A stretch of 64,000 nt of DNA from Daphnia carinata (lineage: Eukaryota): assembly GCF_022539665.2 (NCBI RefSeq), contig NC_081334.1, positions 1,674,001 to 1,738,000 on the forward strand, in the 5' to 3' direction. Numbering within the stretch: position 1 is the first letter of the stretch; every line of letters starts with the position of its first letter. Below, piece by piece: positions 45,460 through 57,900 of the stretch. The position numbers and the translations under genes were made by a program. Under the pieces are notes generated by a model, which worked only from the letters and a program-made list of their open reading frames with translations, did not search any database and had not been told where the DNA came from.

Positions 45460-46228
45460 ATGTCTCTTCCGAAGCTTCTGTCAGAAGAATATGCTAGCAA
45501 TCAACTCACGAATCATGTAAGGTATGAAATATATATATGAATTAAGAGTTTTTATGCCTAATGGTGTTTTACTGTCTTATTATAGATGAACAATAAAAGC
45601 CGATGTCGAGGTGACGAAGAAAACAACACGTCGAGGTGCCGTCAAACGTGCCTCCGTTCCGGAGAAGGAAGCGCCGGAAGGCAAAAGGCGTCGTGGTGAA
45701 ACGAAAGCCAATAAATACGTTGCTGGATTGGATGATGTAGAAATGTTACACGAAGGCAAAGGACATGCTGCCGACATCCACGCCAATCACGTGCCAGATG
45801 AGCCGGAGGCGAACAATGGATCGCCAGTCACATCCGTCAAAAGTGGACGATCTACTCGCGCAAAGGGCGCACTCAAAGTTCATTTTGACGTGGCCGAAAC
45901 GGCGCATTCGCCAGCCAGATCCACCCGTTCGGCGCGGAAGACGGCTTCACCGGCCGAGAAGAAAGTCTCTGTCCAGCTGGAACGCGACCCCGACATTGAG
46001 ACTTTGGCCGCTACAGCCAAAGAAGAGGAAGAGAAAGCACCGGCCGCCAAACGTTCACGACAAAAGAAGGGCCCGGCAGTATCTGCCGCAACAATGGCGG
46101 ATGAACCTCCGGCCGTGCCGGCCACGAAACGGACACGTGGTGGCAAGAAAACAACTAGCGAACCTGAGCTTGTTAAGGAGGATACCTCATCGCCACCACC
46201 ACCACCTCGACGTACTAGAAACATCTAA
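45460..46228 (+). pseudogene. 3' fragment of an unidentified gene with a basic, low-complexity tail, joined to the vasa remnant
   Basis: Exon LPKLLSEEYASNQLTNHVR, GT-AG intron 45522-45585, in-frame TGA at 45587, then a 205-aa K/R/E/P-rich open frame. Confidence 0.5.
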
Positions 46229-49200
46229 CAGCAAAATCCATCAATGAATTACCTATTTTATTTTTCTTTTGTTTTACCCATAATCTTTTACCCATTGAAT
46301 AATTTGTTCACATATCGGATTCTATACTGCTTTTGGGTTCACTTCTGTACCTCTTTCCCCAAGTTGACCTCATTACGTGTTCCTATCCATGCGTTGAGGC
46401 TCACTTGATTATAATTTTTGTTCTTTAAATTTTGTGTCCAATTTTCATTCTGAGCGACGCCCAAATAATTTTGAAGAAATACAGATTTTGGTACGGTTGG
46501 TTAAGTATTTCACAATTGGCACGGATTTGTGTGTGTGTGTGTGTGTTACTGATGTTGGTGGACCTACTGCACGAGAGCCGCAACATGAATTTATCTTTCC
46601 CAACAATACATAATTTACCATTGTAAACCCGAAAGACAACCAGCCATCTCCTTGTTTTAATTTGGTTTTTGCATAGTATCTTCCTGTGCGAGAGAAAACT
46701 AAAAAGTTGTGTCTTAAATTGAATTCGCCGCCCATTTTGAAATATGTGGCAACGTTGCTTGAGTTTTGTGAACCGCCATCAGTCGCCATTTGCTAGTTCA
46801 TTGTCGTGTGTGAAACATGTGGTGTGCATCTGACGGGCGAAATATTGGACACATCAGGCAGCAATGGTAAAGTAATACTTGAGTGAATGTTTCGTGAAGA
46901 AAACATTGTTAACCAAAGACATTGATTCTAATTCTAACAAAAACATTGTTCCACAAGAAACTTTAATTTGAGAATACCTAACAATATTTGAAACTCCTTT
47001 TCAAATTACAAAATGAATGGCACATTATTAATAAGAAACTATAAGAAGTAATTCTTTTCATGCTGAGTCATTGTTTGTTTCTTTCTAAATTTTAGGGAAT
47101 ATCACAAGTTGTGAACAAGATGTGGTGCCTTGGCCCTCGTTCTCTCATCTCCATGCCAGATGGCCATTAAGAAGGATCATAAATGTGTGGCAATATCATT
47201 CTTCCATATTCCACTATTGTATTATTCTTTGCCATTATTTTCATCTCATACCATGAACACAAGAAGAATTTATTTGCTTGCCATCATGGATGGTAACTCG
47301 TGTCCTTAAAAGTAAGCATGACAGGCACATTGAGATAATGGTTATTGCTACATTCTTGCTTTTTAAAAAAGGCATCAAGCCAAACTGGTCAACCATGCAT
47401 TAGGCTTTGTACTTTTTTAAAAATTAGAATTAATGAAATAAAACAAAGCTTGTCATTTCAATCATTTCAGGATTGTGGAGACAAACATTGTGGTTCTAGC
47501 GGTTTCCTTAGTTAGGCAAGTCGTTTAATAATGCTTGGTATTACAACTATTTTTTAAATTATTTTTAATTAAAATTTTTTCATTCACGACATTTGCAGGT
47601 TCTGAGCAGTGAGAAACGATTGTTGCTGATGTGGAGTTTTGTAACGGTGGACCCCACAGTCTATGACAGAAACAAGTAGGACAGAAAATTCCATCTTCAT
47701 CAATAACAAAAGAAAAAGGAGGTTTGCATTTTAAGGTTAGGTTAGAAACAAAACAACAATAAAACCATTTGCTGATACTACCTTTCATACATAGTTATCA
47801 CAAATAGGAGCAGTACATATTGGCAGCCATGTAGCTTTGTAGTTGCTTCGAAGAATTTTTTTCCTTGTCTGGTGATTGGTTGGTAACGTTGCCCATTCTA
47901 TTGTTAACTTTTTTCTCTAGGGTAATGCTATAAAACATTTATTTTAGGACTTTGAATACCTCCTATCCTTATAGCCATGGAACACTTGACATTTGACTCC
48001 ATTTACACTTGCAGAAACAAAAACGAACATGTTTGCAACAAGTATTTTTTGTGACCATGAAACAAAAAATTGTGAATTTTTTTTAAGTACCTATATTTAG
48101 AAGACATCTAACGGAGGAATTGCTTGTTACTGAGTACTCTACTGAACTGTCAATTTGTTCGTTGTCAGGGGGCTATATCGAGTTTGGTTGCCATAATGAT
48201 GGTTGCCTCGCGAATTGGAAATGCTTTGCCGAATCCCAGTATATTGCCAAGTGTGCCATATTGTCATAATCATTTTTCTTCTTAGGATGGTTACCAATGT
48301 GCAGTTGAATTCTGAAAGGTAAAAGCACAAGTTCTTGGTGAAAACTTGTTGTGCAGCATACCACGCCATTAATAGCTTATTGAAAAGTTCTGGTTACTTT
48401 CTGCTTTGTTTCCAGGTTTTGTCTGATGTGCTATATTTAAAGAACTGATGTTCGCACCAGCTTGATGGGAAAAATTCATTTCCAATGTGGTAGGAGATTT
48501 ATCTAGAATTGCATTAACATTCTAATTAAACATGAGAAATTTTCTGGGGCACAGGGAAACTTGGATTTATTTGGTGATAGTCAGATGGTTTTCCTGAAGT
48601 TGCAGTTTGAAATAACCTTTCAAAGCCTAAACTCATCTTCATAGAAAGGGACTTGTAAGTAAACAAGAAGCATTTTCTGCTTTTTTGCTAACTATATCTA
48701 ACCTACATAATTTTCTGTTCAATAGTTAATGTTGTTTTTGTTTTTTTAATAGAGGTGAAAAGTAATGCTGGCTCTGTAAATGTTCTTGGTTTGGGGCAAG
48801 ACGTTGAATAAATTGTGATGATTGGATGGACAACATGGAATTCCTACACTTTATTCATATTCCCCAAACGGTATTTAAAATTCAAAAATTGAAGTGCATA
48901 TCTGGGCTCCCTTCCTTTCCGTAGCCCCGTTTCCCCTTGACTCGTAATAAGCCCGTAGGGGGTCATGCCCCTACTGTACGGTATATTTAAAAATAACATA
49001 TACCGAGGTTTGGAGGGCTCTGGCCGGAAAGGGGACGTGGGGGTCCGCTTAGTCCGATGATGTGTTCACGGAGGGCGACGTGGCTACCCACAAATCCGAA
49101 CTAAAGGTTAATCGCTCCAGTAAAAATGTTCCATATCTTCGGCTCTTCTTCCGGCTTCTCTTAGCCAATCACCGGGTAATCTCCCCGGTGGGTCAACAAG

Positions 49201-49469
49201 GCAGCGTCTCCCCCTGCCTGGGTTGACGGCAACTTTTGAAAGGGCTATTGTGCCTTTTTAAAGTTGCAGAAATAATTCTAATGTGCAGAGAATTGTCAAT
49301 AAAAATTTTTTTATAAAATATTTTTTGCAAAATTTGTTTCTTTCATTGTCTGTGTTCGCTGTGTTCAAACATTACATTTATCAGCTTTTTTTTATTTATT
49401 TAGCTTGCTCAATTCACCTTTATTGTTTTTGCCACCTTTGATGGTAAGCATTGTTTCCATTGGTTTATC

Positions 49470-49697
49470 GTTTATCTGGGATTTGAACCACAAACCTACA
49501 GTATTCCAGTACAGCGCGCTACCATTGCGACATAACTGTCTGTGTCTGTGTAGTTTAGATTTTGATGCCTATGTTAAAATAAGTTCGTCATTAGGTTATT
49601 ATGGAATGCCTATCATGGTAAAAACAAGTTATAGATGGCATAATGGCAAAGCTACTGATTAGCATGCTAGAATACTTGGGTTCGATCCCCATATCAT
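49470..49697. repeat. Two back-to-back degenerate tRNA-like heads (mirror copies ~56023-56251)
   Basis: Minus strand 49470-49537: GTCGCAATGGT...GGTTCAAATCC. Plus strand 49628-49697: TGGCATAATGG...GGTTCGATCCC. Stems are decayed. Confidence 0.5.
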
Positions 49698-49886
49698 TCA
49701 ATAAAACAACTAAAGAAATAAATAATGTAATAAGAATAAAAAATAAAAGCGAATAAGAAATGAATAATGAAATATAAAGATAAATAATGTTACAAAGCAT
49801 TTTATTTTCCCTCCTTCCACCCACAAATCCACCACTATACATATTCCACATAATACATACAACAGTACATACATAAATACACTTAC

Positions 49887-50206
49887 AACTAACCCGTTGG
49901 CTGCCACGCCATCTAAACTACGGTTGCTACGTCGCTATCATAGGGATAGCGACCAAGGGGGACTGAGGATAGTCCGGGCTGAAACGGCGATGAGACCTTT
50001 CCGGAAAGGCACATCCCAGGTCTACATCGCCGTCTCGAACAAGGGATTCCCTAATGGTGCCTTGCCTGGGGCCATTCGGCCAATTTTGGGCAGTGGCGCT
50101 GCTCCACCCCATGGTAGATAGACCATGGCGCAGAACAGCGCGGCCCGTCCCTGTCAAGCTACAAAAAAAAGGGGATAAAAGGAGGGTGGCAGCCAACGGG
50201 TTAGTT
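49887..50206. mobile_element. 320-bp element with perfect 21-bp TIRs (piggyBac-like CCC..GGG core) and hairpin-dense interior; mirror at 55514-55833
   Basis: AACTAACCCGTTGGCTGCCAC ... GTGGCAGCCAACGGGTTAGTT, enclosing multiple internal stems. Confidence 0.75.
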
Positions 50207-50247
50207 AATACTTAACATTACAAAACACACACACAATACCAAAAAAC

Positions 50248-50570
50248 GAGGCGAAGACACGGCGACCACGAAGCGAAGACGGGACGACGGGCGAGGCGAA
50301 GGCGGGGCGACCACGAGGCGAAGAAGGAATGACCGGCGAGGCGTAGACGGGACGACGGGCGAGGCGAAGACGGGACGCTGGGCGAGGCGAAGACAGGGCG
50401 ACGGGCGAGGCGAAGACGGGGCGGCGGGCGAAGCGAAGACAGGACGACGGGCGAAGCGAAAACGGGACAACGGGCGAGGCGAAGACGGGACGACGGGCGA
50501 GGTGAAGACGGGACGACGGGCGAGGCGAAGACCAGAAGACAGGCGAAGCGAAGACGGAATGACGGGCGTG
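50248..50570. repeat. GC-rich 23-bp minisatellite (mirror at ~55083-55472, longer)
   Basis: Unit ACGGGCGAGGCGAAGACGGGACG. Gives a 23-aa periodicity in the overlapping ORFs. Confidence 0.92.
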
Positions 50571-51514
50571 GAGAAGAGGAAGAAGGTTTTGTTCTATATC
50601 GTAAATGTAAAGAAAAAGAATTACTTGGTGGGAAATATAAGATTGTTGATGTAGCCAAATGTATGAAAGCAATTTGACTTACTTCTGTTGTCCAATGGCT
50701 AGAAATACTGTAGGGCCAGCAAATAGGCAGCAGACGGCAAAGAGTTGGCAGTCCTACGGTTGAATATTGAATTTATAAAACAAGCAAACTATACTAGGCA
50801 CGAGAAAAATTTACGAATACCAATAGAAATTGTGTTGAGGTACATGTCTATGTCTGTTGGTAGGCTAAGTAGAGATTACAACTGCCGAAATGGCTGTTGT
50901 TACAGTTGGCACTGCAGCATAAGAAGAATTTGGTGCACTAGTTAGATTACAATTGACAGAAGACCATGAGCGGGTAAAGATTAGAAGAATAATATTATGG
51001 TATTCCTACCCACAGTATTTGCATCATTCATGACATTCCTCAACGGAAAGTATCCATTACAAATGAAGTTTCATGAGCTGAACCTTAAAAGCAAAATCCG
51101 TGAGTGACATTCTGATAACAAAACATTAGTCTTATACCTCTCAATGAGCACCAGAATAGTTTGATGAATGCAACATAATGGGTTGTGAATAGTTTTTTGG
51201 TTTGACAGCTGACATAGTTGATTACAAGACATGTAACATAAAAACCAAGCACTTTGTGGGCTTCACTTGCAAAACACACTTTAGGACGAAAACACACAGA
51301 ACCACCATTAGATTTGTTTGAATTTTCCCTTGGAATATGACATACTTCACAAAAACTTTCGAACACAGGTTTCATTACCCCCCCAGTCACCACGATAGTA
51401 TAACTACACAAAGGTTAGAAGTTAATTTTGATATGTAACAGGTAATGGGATAATGGGACATATCCCCTTGTTTGGACTTAGAAAATTTTTCAAGTAGGTG
51501 CAGCCTTTATTTTT

Positions 51515-51931
51515 GGTGACGCCTATTGCCCCACAGATTCCGGGGGGCAATAGACAAAAATGCTATTGCCCCCCGGAATCCAGATGGCACTGCTGGCGAG
51601 GCTATTTTAACGACAGCTATGGTACCTAACCCCTAGCCTAACCTAACCTAATTAACTTAACTTAATTTAACTTACCTAACCCAACCAAACCTCACCTAAC
51701 TTAACCTAATTAACTTAACTTATCTAACCTAACCTAACCTAACCTAACCTAACCTAACCTAACCTTACCTTCCTTAGCCTATTATAAAAAAATTATTTAT
51801 TATCACTTTCTGCAACGCATTCTACAAAAGAAAAGGCGCACAGGTATCCGTTGCCAGCGCCATCTGGATTCCGGGGGGCAATAGACAAAATGCTATTACC
51901 CCCCGGATTCTGGGGGGCAATAGATTTTTCC
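51515..51931. mobile_element. Mutator/MULE-like MITE with internal (CCTAA)n array
   Basis: GG...CC termini. 9-bp flank duplication TTTATTTTT (51506-14 and 51932-40). ~75-bp imperfect TIRs built from CTATTGCCCC..GGGGGCAATAG hairpins. CCTAA repeats at 51625-51782. Confidence 0.8.
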
Positions 51932-54900
51932 TTTATTTTTTATTCAATATCGGCCACTAAGCGTCTCTCACTATAGGTAACCTGGACCACAAATAGCCTT
52001 CAGCCGAGATAGGCCGTTATAACGAAGAGTTGTCTCACCATACTAATACACCATGACCGAAGGGCGATGATTTCGAAATATGGCAGATGTTGATCGGTTA
52101 ACTAATTATGACTATATCTACCTACACTACTAACAGCTGACTATCTGTCGAGCGTGCCGGTGTGATTTGTCCGTGGCAGAAGCAGTCTAGGAAGTCAACG
52201 TAATATAGTGCCGTCTCATCCATTATTTTAGATGACATCCTTTATGTCACATCAATGAAAATTCTAATCCTTCTGATAGATTTACCCAACTGTGAGCAAG
52301 ACTCAGCTTCGGGAATGTAAGCCCTCAGCAGATACAACAACGAGTCATATTCAAGTTGTAGCACAAAGTTCGTACAGCCGTGATTATTCCCGAACACCTA
52401 TGCAGAAGTAGATGTTTGGCAGGTAAATTGTACAATAAAATCCCATAAATATCAATCTAATGGATAGATTTTTCCATCCAGGCTTTGCAGCAACTGCCAT
52501 ATAGCTTCTTTTTGCACGATGGAACAAGGATTCTCTTATCATCATCAAATATGTTACACATGGTAATGCATTTCTACAGAGTTAGCTTAATTTTCTAACT
52601 TTAATCAAACATTTGCCATATTAGGCAGAACCCTGCTGAAAGAAAGCAGGGACATGACAAATAGGTCTTTGGAAAATGTCTACCCCAAGAGTAATGAATA
52701 CACTTGTCTTCTTACCATAAACCAGCTGTAGGATAAAATTTGATGTACTATCAAAATATTTCACTCTTTTTTATTAGTAAAATGCAACACAACTTAATTG
52801 TTCTTTTTCTCTCTTTTAGGGTTTCCCGGGTAAAACTATGTTGCTAATGTAATGTTACTGATACTTGCTAATCTGTCCAGCAGTCATTTTCACGGATGAT
52901 CAAATCAGGAGGCTAAGAAGAATTATATGTCTAATATTGAATTTTTGGATGGGCTTACCCAACATTTTTTCATTAGCTTATAGAACGGCCAGCCAATGAC
53001 ACAATTTAACTGTTTGATAACTTTTTGGAAGGACATTATATGACGGAGGATCAGCCATTCAAAGTGGCATTTTATGGTTGATATTTCAACTACTCATTTT
53101 TGTTTGTAGTGAACACATACATTCTTCAATAACAAAACAAAAAAATGTTTTGCTTTCTAGATTGGGCTGAATCACATTTCTGTTATTCTGTGGCTGAGAG
53201 ATGGACTGATACTGATTAACTTTTTTTGCGTAATCAATTTTTTTCGTTATTTTTGTTAAAATTCCAGTCTGCATTGGTTCTGTTATGCGGACAAATAGCT
53301 TATCTTTTTTTTTAAGGTTGTAATTGGATAGTGTAAAGCTGATTAGATTCATTTAGGTGTTCATTTTACTGTGAACTATCAATATTTTGCATTCCATATA
53401 ATCATGATTCCCAGTGAAAAATTGAAGTGCTGGAAAACAAAATTAATTTTCTTTACAATTTGATTTCAGGGTATCTTTAGATTTTTATAGTTTTGAGTTT
53501 ATTCAAGAGTCTGCAAGATCTTTGTTGACTTCCTCATTCAGATATGGCCTGCCGACGATTTCACAGCCTCACGCAATTAAAGAACGTATAACAAAAAGTA
53601 AGTGATCTAAAGTAATAACGCAATGCAATGTTTTCTAACTATACCATTCAAAACGAAATTCCAGGCCAAAATGATCTATTCGGAGCAGAAAAGTGAAGGT
53701 GTATCCATTTAATTGAAATAGGCACACGGTAACGCACAATCGATGTTTTGACTCAGTGGAGAATTTTTTCCGTGGAACATATGGCCGAAATACTATCGCA
53801 GCTGTTCAAGAAAGAAAATTGTATTGTCAGAAGACTTAATTTTTACTAGCTCGAAATCCAGAGATGTGTGAAGTTGCAACATTTCTAGATGTGAAGTGCA
53901 ATTGTTAGCTTATTGTTGAACTGTGAACCCAAATTATGTATTTTCCTAGAAATATCTAGGTTTTTGGATAAATAAATGGAAGACAGTGAAAAAAAAAACC
54001 GGGCTCAAAAACATGTTAAATCGCTATGTTTTTAAAATGCTGTTCATGGTTTTGATCGCTACATTTGTTTAAATAAGTTGAAATGGTACACCCCCCCCAC
54101 CCCCATATTTGTCATTCACGTTCGGTTCACGCTCAAGAAGTTTGTTAAAAGAGTTCACATCAGTGCAGTTCCCGTCTCGAAAAAACAAGATTTTCAATTT
54201 TTATGAATATTTCGGTTATTAATTGGAAAACAAGATGACGCTGCTGTGCTACTGTTCACTTGGTGACTGTGGGGGTAATGAAACCTGTGTTCGAAAGTTT
54301 TTGTGAAGTATGTCATATTCCAAGGGAAAATTCAAACAAATCTAATGGTGGTTCTGTGTGTTTTCGTCCTAAAGTGTGTTTTGCAAGTGAAGCCCACAAA
54401 GTGCTTGGTTTTTATGTTACATGTCTTGTAATCAACTATGTCAGCTGTCAAACCAAAAAACTATTCACAACCCATTATGTTGCATTCATCAAACTATTCT
54501 GGTGCTCATTGAGAGGTATAAGACTAATGTTTTGTTATCAGAATGTCACTCACGGATTTTGCTTTTAAGGTTCAGCTCATGAAACTTCATTTGTAATGGA
54601 TACTTTCCGTTGAGGAATGTCATGAATGATGCAAATACTGTGGGTAGGAATACCATAATATTATTCTTCTAATCTTTACCCGCTCATGGTCTTCTGTCAA
54701 TTGTAATCTAACTAGTGCACCAAATTCTTCTTATGCTGCAGTGCCAACTGTAACAACAGCCATTTCGGCAGTTGTAATCTCTACTTAGCCTACCAACAGA
54801 CATAGACATGTACCTCAACACAATTTCTATTGGTATTCGTAAATTTTTCTCGTGCCTAGTATAGTTTGCTTGTTTTATAAATTCAATATTCAACCGTAGG

Positions 54901-57900
54901 ACTGCCAACTCTTTGCCGTCTGCTGCCTATTTGCTGGCCCTACAGTATTTCTAGCCATTGGACAACAGAAGTAAGTCAAATTGCTTTCATACATTTGGCT
55001 ACATCAACAATCTTATATTTCCCACCAAGTAATTCTTTTTCTTTACATTTACGATATAGAACAAACCTTCTTCCTCTTCTCCACGCCCGTCATTCCGTCT
55101 TCGCTTCGCCTGTCTTCTGGTCTTCGCCTCGCCCGTCGTCCCGTCTTCACCTCGCCCGTCGTCCCGTCTTCGCCTCGCCCGTTGTCCCGTTTTCGCTTCG
55201 CCCGTCGTCCTGTCTTCGCTTCGCCCGCCGCCCCGTCTTCGCCTCGCCCGTCGCCCCGTCTTCGCCTCGCCCGTCGCCCCGTCTTCGCCTCGCCCGTCGC
55301 CCTGTCTTCGCCTCGCCCAGCGTCCCGTCTTCGCCTCGCCCGTCGTCCCGTCTACGCCTCGCCGGTCATTCCTTCTTCGCCTCGTGGTCGCCCCGCCTTC
55401 GCCTCGCCCGTCGTCCCGTCTTCGCTTCGTGGTCGCCGTGTTTTCGCTTCGTGGTCGCCGTGTCTTCGCCTCGTTTTTTGGTATTGTGTGTGTGTTTTGT
55501 AATGTTAAGTATTAACTAACCCGTTGGCTGCCACCCTCCTTTTATCCCCTTTTTTTTGTAGCTTGACAGGGACGGGCCGCGCTGTTCTGCGCCATGGTCT
55601 ATCTACCATGGGGTGGAGCAGCGCCACTGCCCAAAATTGGCCGAATGGCCCCAGGCAAGGCACCATTAGGGAATCCCTTGTTCGAGACGGCGATGTAGAC
55701 CTGGGATGTGCCTTTCCGGAAAGGTCTCATCGCCGTTTCAGCCCGGACTGTCCTCAGTCCCCCTTGGTCGCTATCCCTATGATAGCGACGTAGCAACCGT
55801 AGTTTAGATGGCGTGGCAGCCAACGGGTTAGTTGTAAGTGTATTTATGTATGTACTGTTGTATGTATTATGTGGAATATGTATAGTGGTGGATTTGTGGG
55901 TGGAAGGAGGGAAAATAAAATGCTTTGTAACATTATTTATCTTTATATTTCATTATTCATTTCTTATTCGCTTTTATTTTTTATTCTTATTACATTATTT
56001 ATTTCTTTAGTTGTTTTATTGAATGATATGGGGATCGAACCCAAGTATTCTAGCATGCTAATCAGCAGCTTTGCCATTATGCCATCTATAACTTGTTTTT
56101 ACCATGATAGGCATTCCATAATAACCTAATGACGAACTTATTTTAACATAGGCATCAAAATCTAAACTACACAGACACAGACAGTTATGTCGCAATGGTA
56201 GCGCGCTGTACTGGAATACTATAGGTTTGTGGTTCAAATCCCAGATAAACGATAAACCAATGGAAACAATGCTTACCATCAAAGGTGCCAAAAACAATAA
56301 AGGTGAATTGAGCAAGCTAAATAAATAAAAAAAAGCTGATAAATGTAATGTTTGAACACAGCGAACACAGACAATGAAAGAAACAAATTTTGCAAAAAAT
56401 ATTTTATAAAAAAATTTTTATTGACAATTCTCTGCACATTAGAATTATTTCTGCAACTTTAAAAAGGCACAATAGCCCTTTCAAAAGTTGCCGTCAACCC
56501 AGGCAGGGGGAGACGCTGCCTTGTTGACCCACCGGGGAGATTACCCGGTGATTGGCTAAGAGAAGCCGGAAGAAGAGCCGAAGATATGGAACATTTTTAC
56601 TGGAGCGATTAACCTTTAGTTCGGATTTGTGGGTAGCCACGTCGCCCTCCGTGAACACATCATCGGACTAAGCGGACCCCCACGTCCCCTTTCCGGCCAG
56701 AGCCCTCCAAACCTCGGTATATGTTATTTTTAAATATACCGTACAGTAGGGGCATGACCCCCTACGGGCTTATTACGAGTCAAGGGGAAACGGGGCTACG
56801 GAAAGGAAGGGAGCCCAGATATGCACTTCAATTTTTGAATTTTAAATACCGTTTGGGGAATATGAATAAAGTGTAGGAATTCCATGTTGTCCATCCAATC
56901 ATCACAATTTATTCAACGTCTTGCCCCAAACCAAGAACATTTACAGAGCCAGCATTACTTTTCACCTCTATTAAAAAAACAAAAACAACATTAACTATTG
57001 AACAGAAAATTATGTAGGTTAGATATAGTTAGCAAAAAAGCAGAAAATGCTTCTTGTTTACTTACAAGTCCCTTTCTATGAAGATGAGTTTAGGCTTTGA
57101 AAGGTTATTTCAAACTGCAACTTCAGGAAAACCATCTGACTATCACCAAATAAATCCAAGTTTCCCTGTGCCCCAGAAAATTTCTCATGTTTAATTAGAA
57201 TGTTAATGCAATTCTAGATAAATCTCCTACCACATTGGAAATGAATTTTTCCCATCAAGCTGGTGCGAACATCAGTTCTTTAAATATAGCACATCAGACA
57301 AAACCTGGAAACAAAGCAGAAAGTAACCAGAACTTTTCAATAAGCTATTAATGGCGTGGTATGCTGCACAACAAGTTTTCACCAAGAACTTGTGCTTTTA
57401 CCTTTCAGAATTCAACTGCACATTGGTAACCATCCTAAGAAGAAAAATGATTATGACAATATGGCACACTTGGCAATATACTGGGATTCGGCAAAGCATT
57501 TCCAATTCGCGAGGCAACCATCATTATGGCAACCAAACTCGATATAGCCCCTGACAACGAACAAATTGACAGTTCAGTAGAGTACTCAGTAACAAGCAAT
57601 TCCTCCGTTAGATGTCTTCTAAATATAGGTACTTAAAAAAAATTCACAATTTTTTGTTTCATGGTCACAAAAAATACTTGTTGCAAACATGTTCGTTTTT
57701 GTTTCTGCAAGTGTAAATGGAGTCAAATGTCAAGTGTTCCATGGCTATAAGGATAGGAGGTATTCAAAGTCCTAAAATAAATGTTTTATAGCATTACCCT
57801 AGAGAAAAAAGTTAACAATAGAATGGGCAACGTTACCAACCAATCACCAGACAAGGAAAAAAATTCTTCGAAGCAACTACAAAGCTACATGGCTGCCAAT

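Noticed and set aside
49887..50206. Known ncRNA (SRP, RNase P/MRP, 7SK, snRNA)
   Set aside because: Their conserved sequence motifs were not found by eye; an Rfam scan is still needed.
50201..50672. Ser/Pro/Arg-rich ORFs (and mirrors at 54981-55519); possible CRISPR-like array
   Set aside because: They are translations of a spacer-less 23-bp minisatellite in a eukaryotic context.
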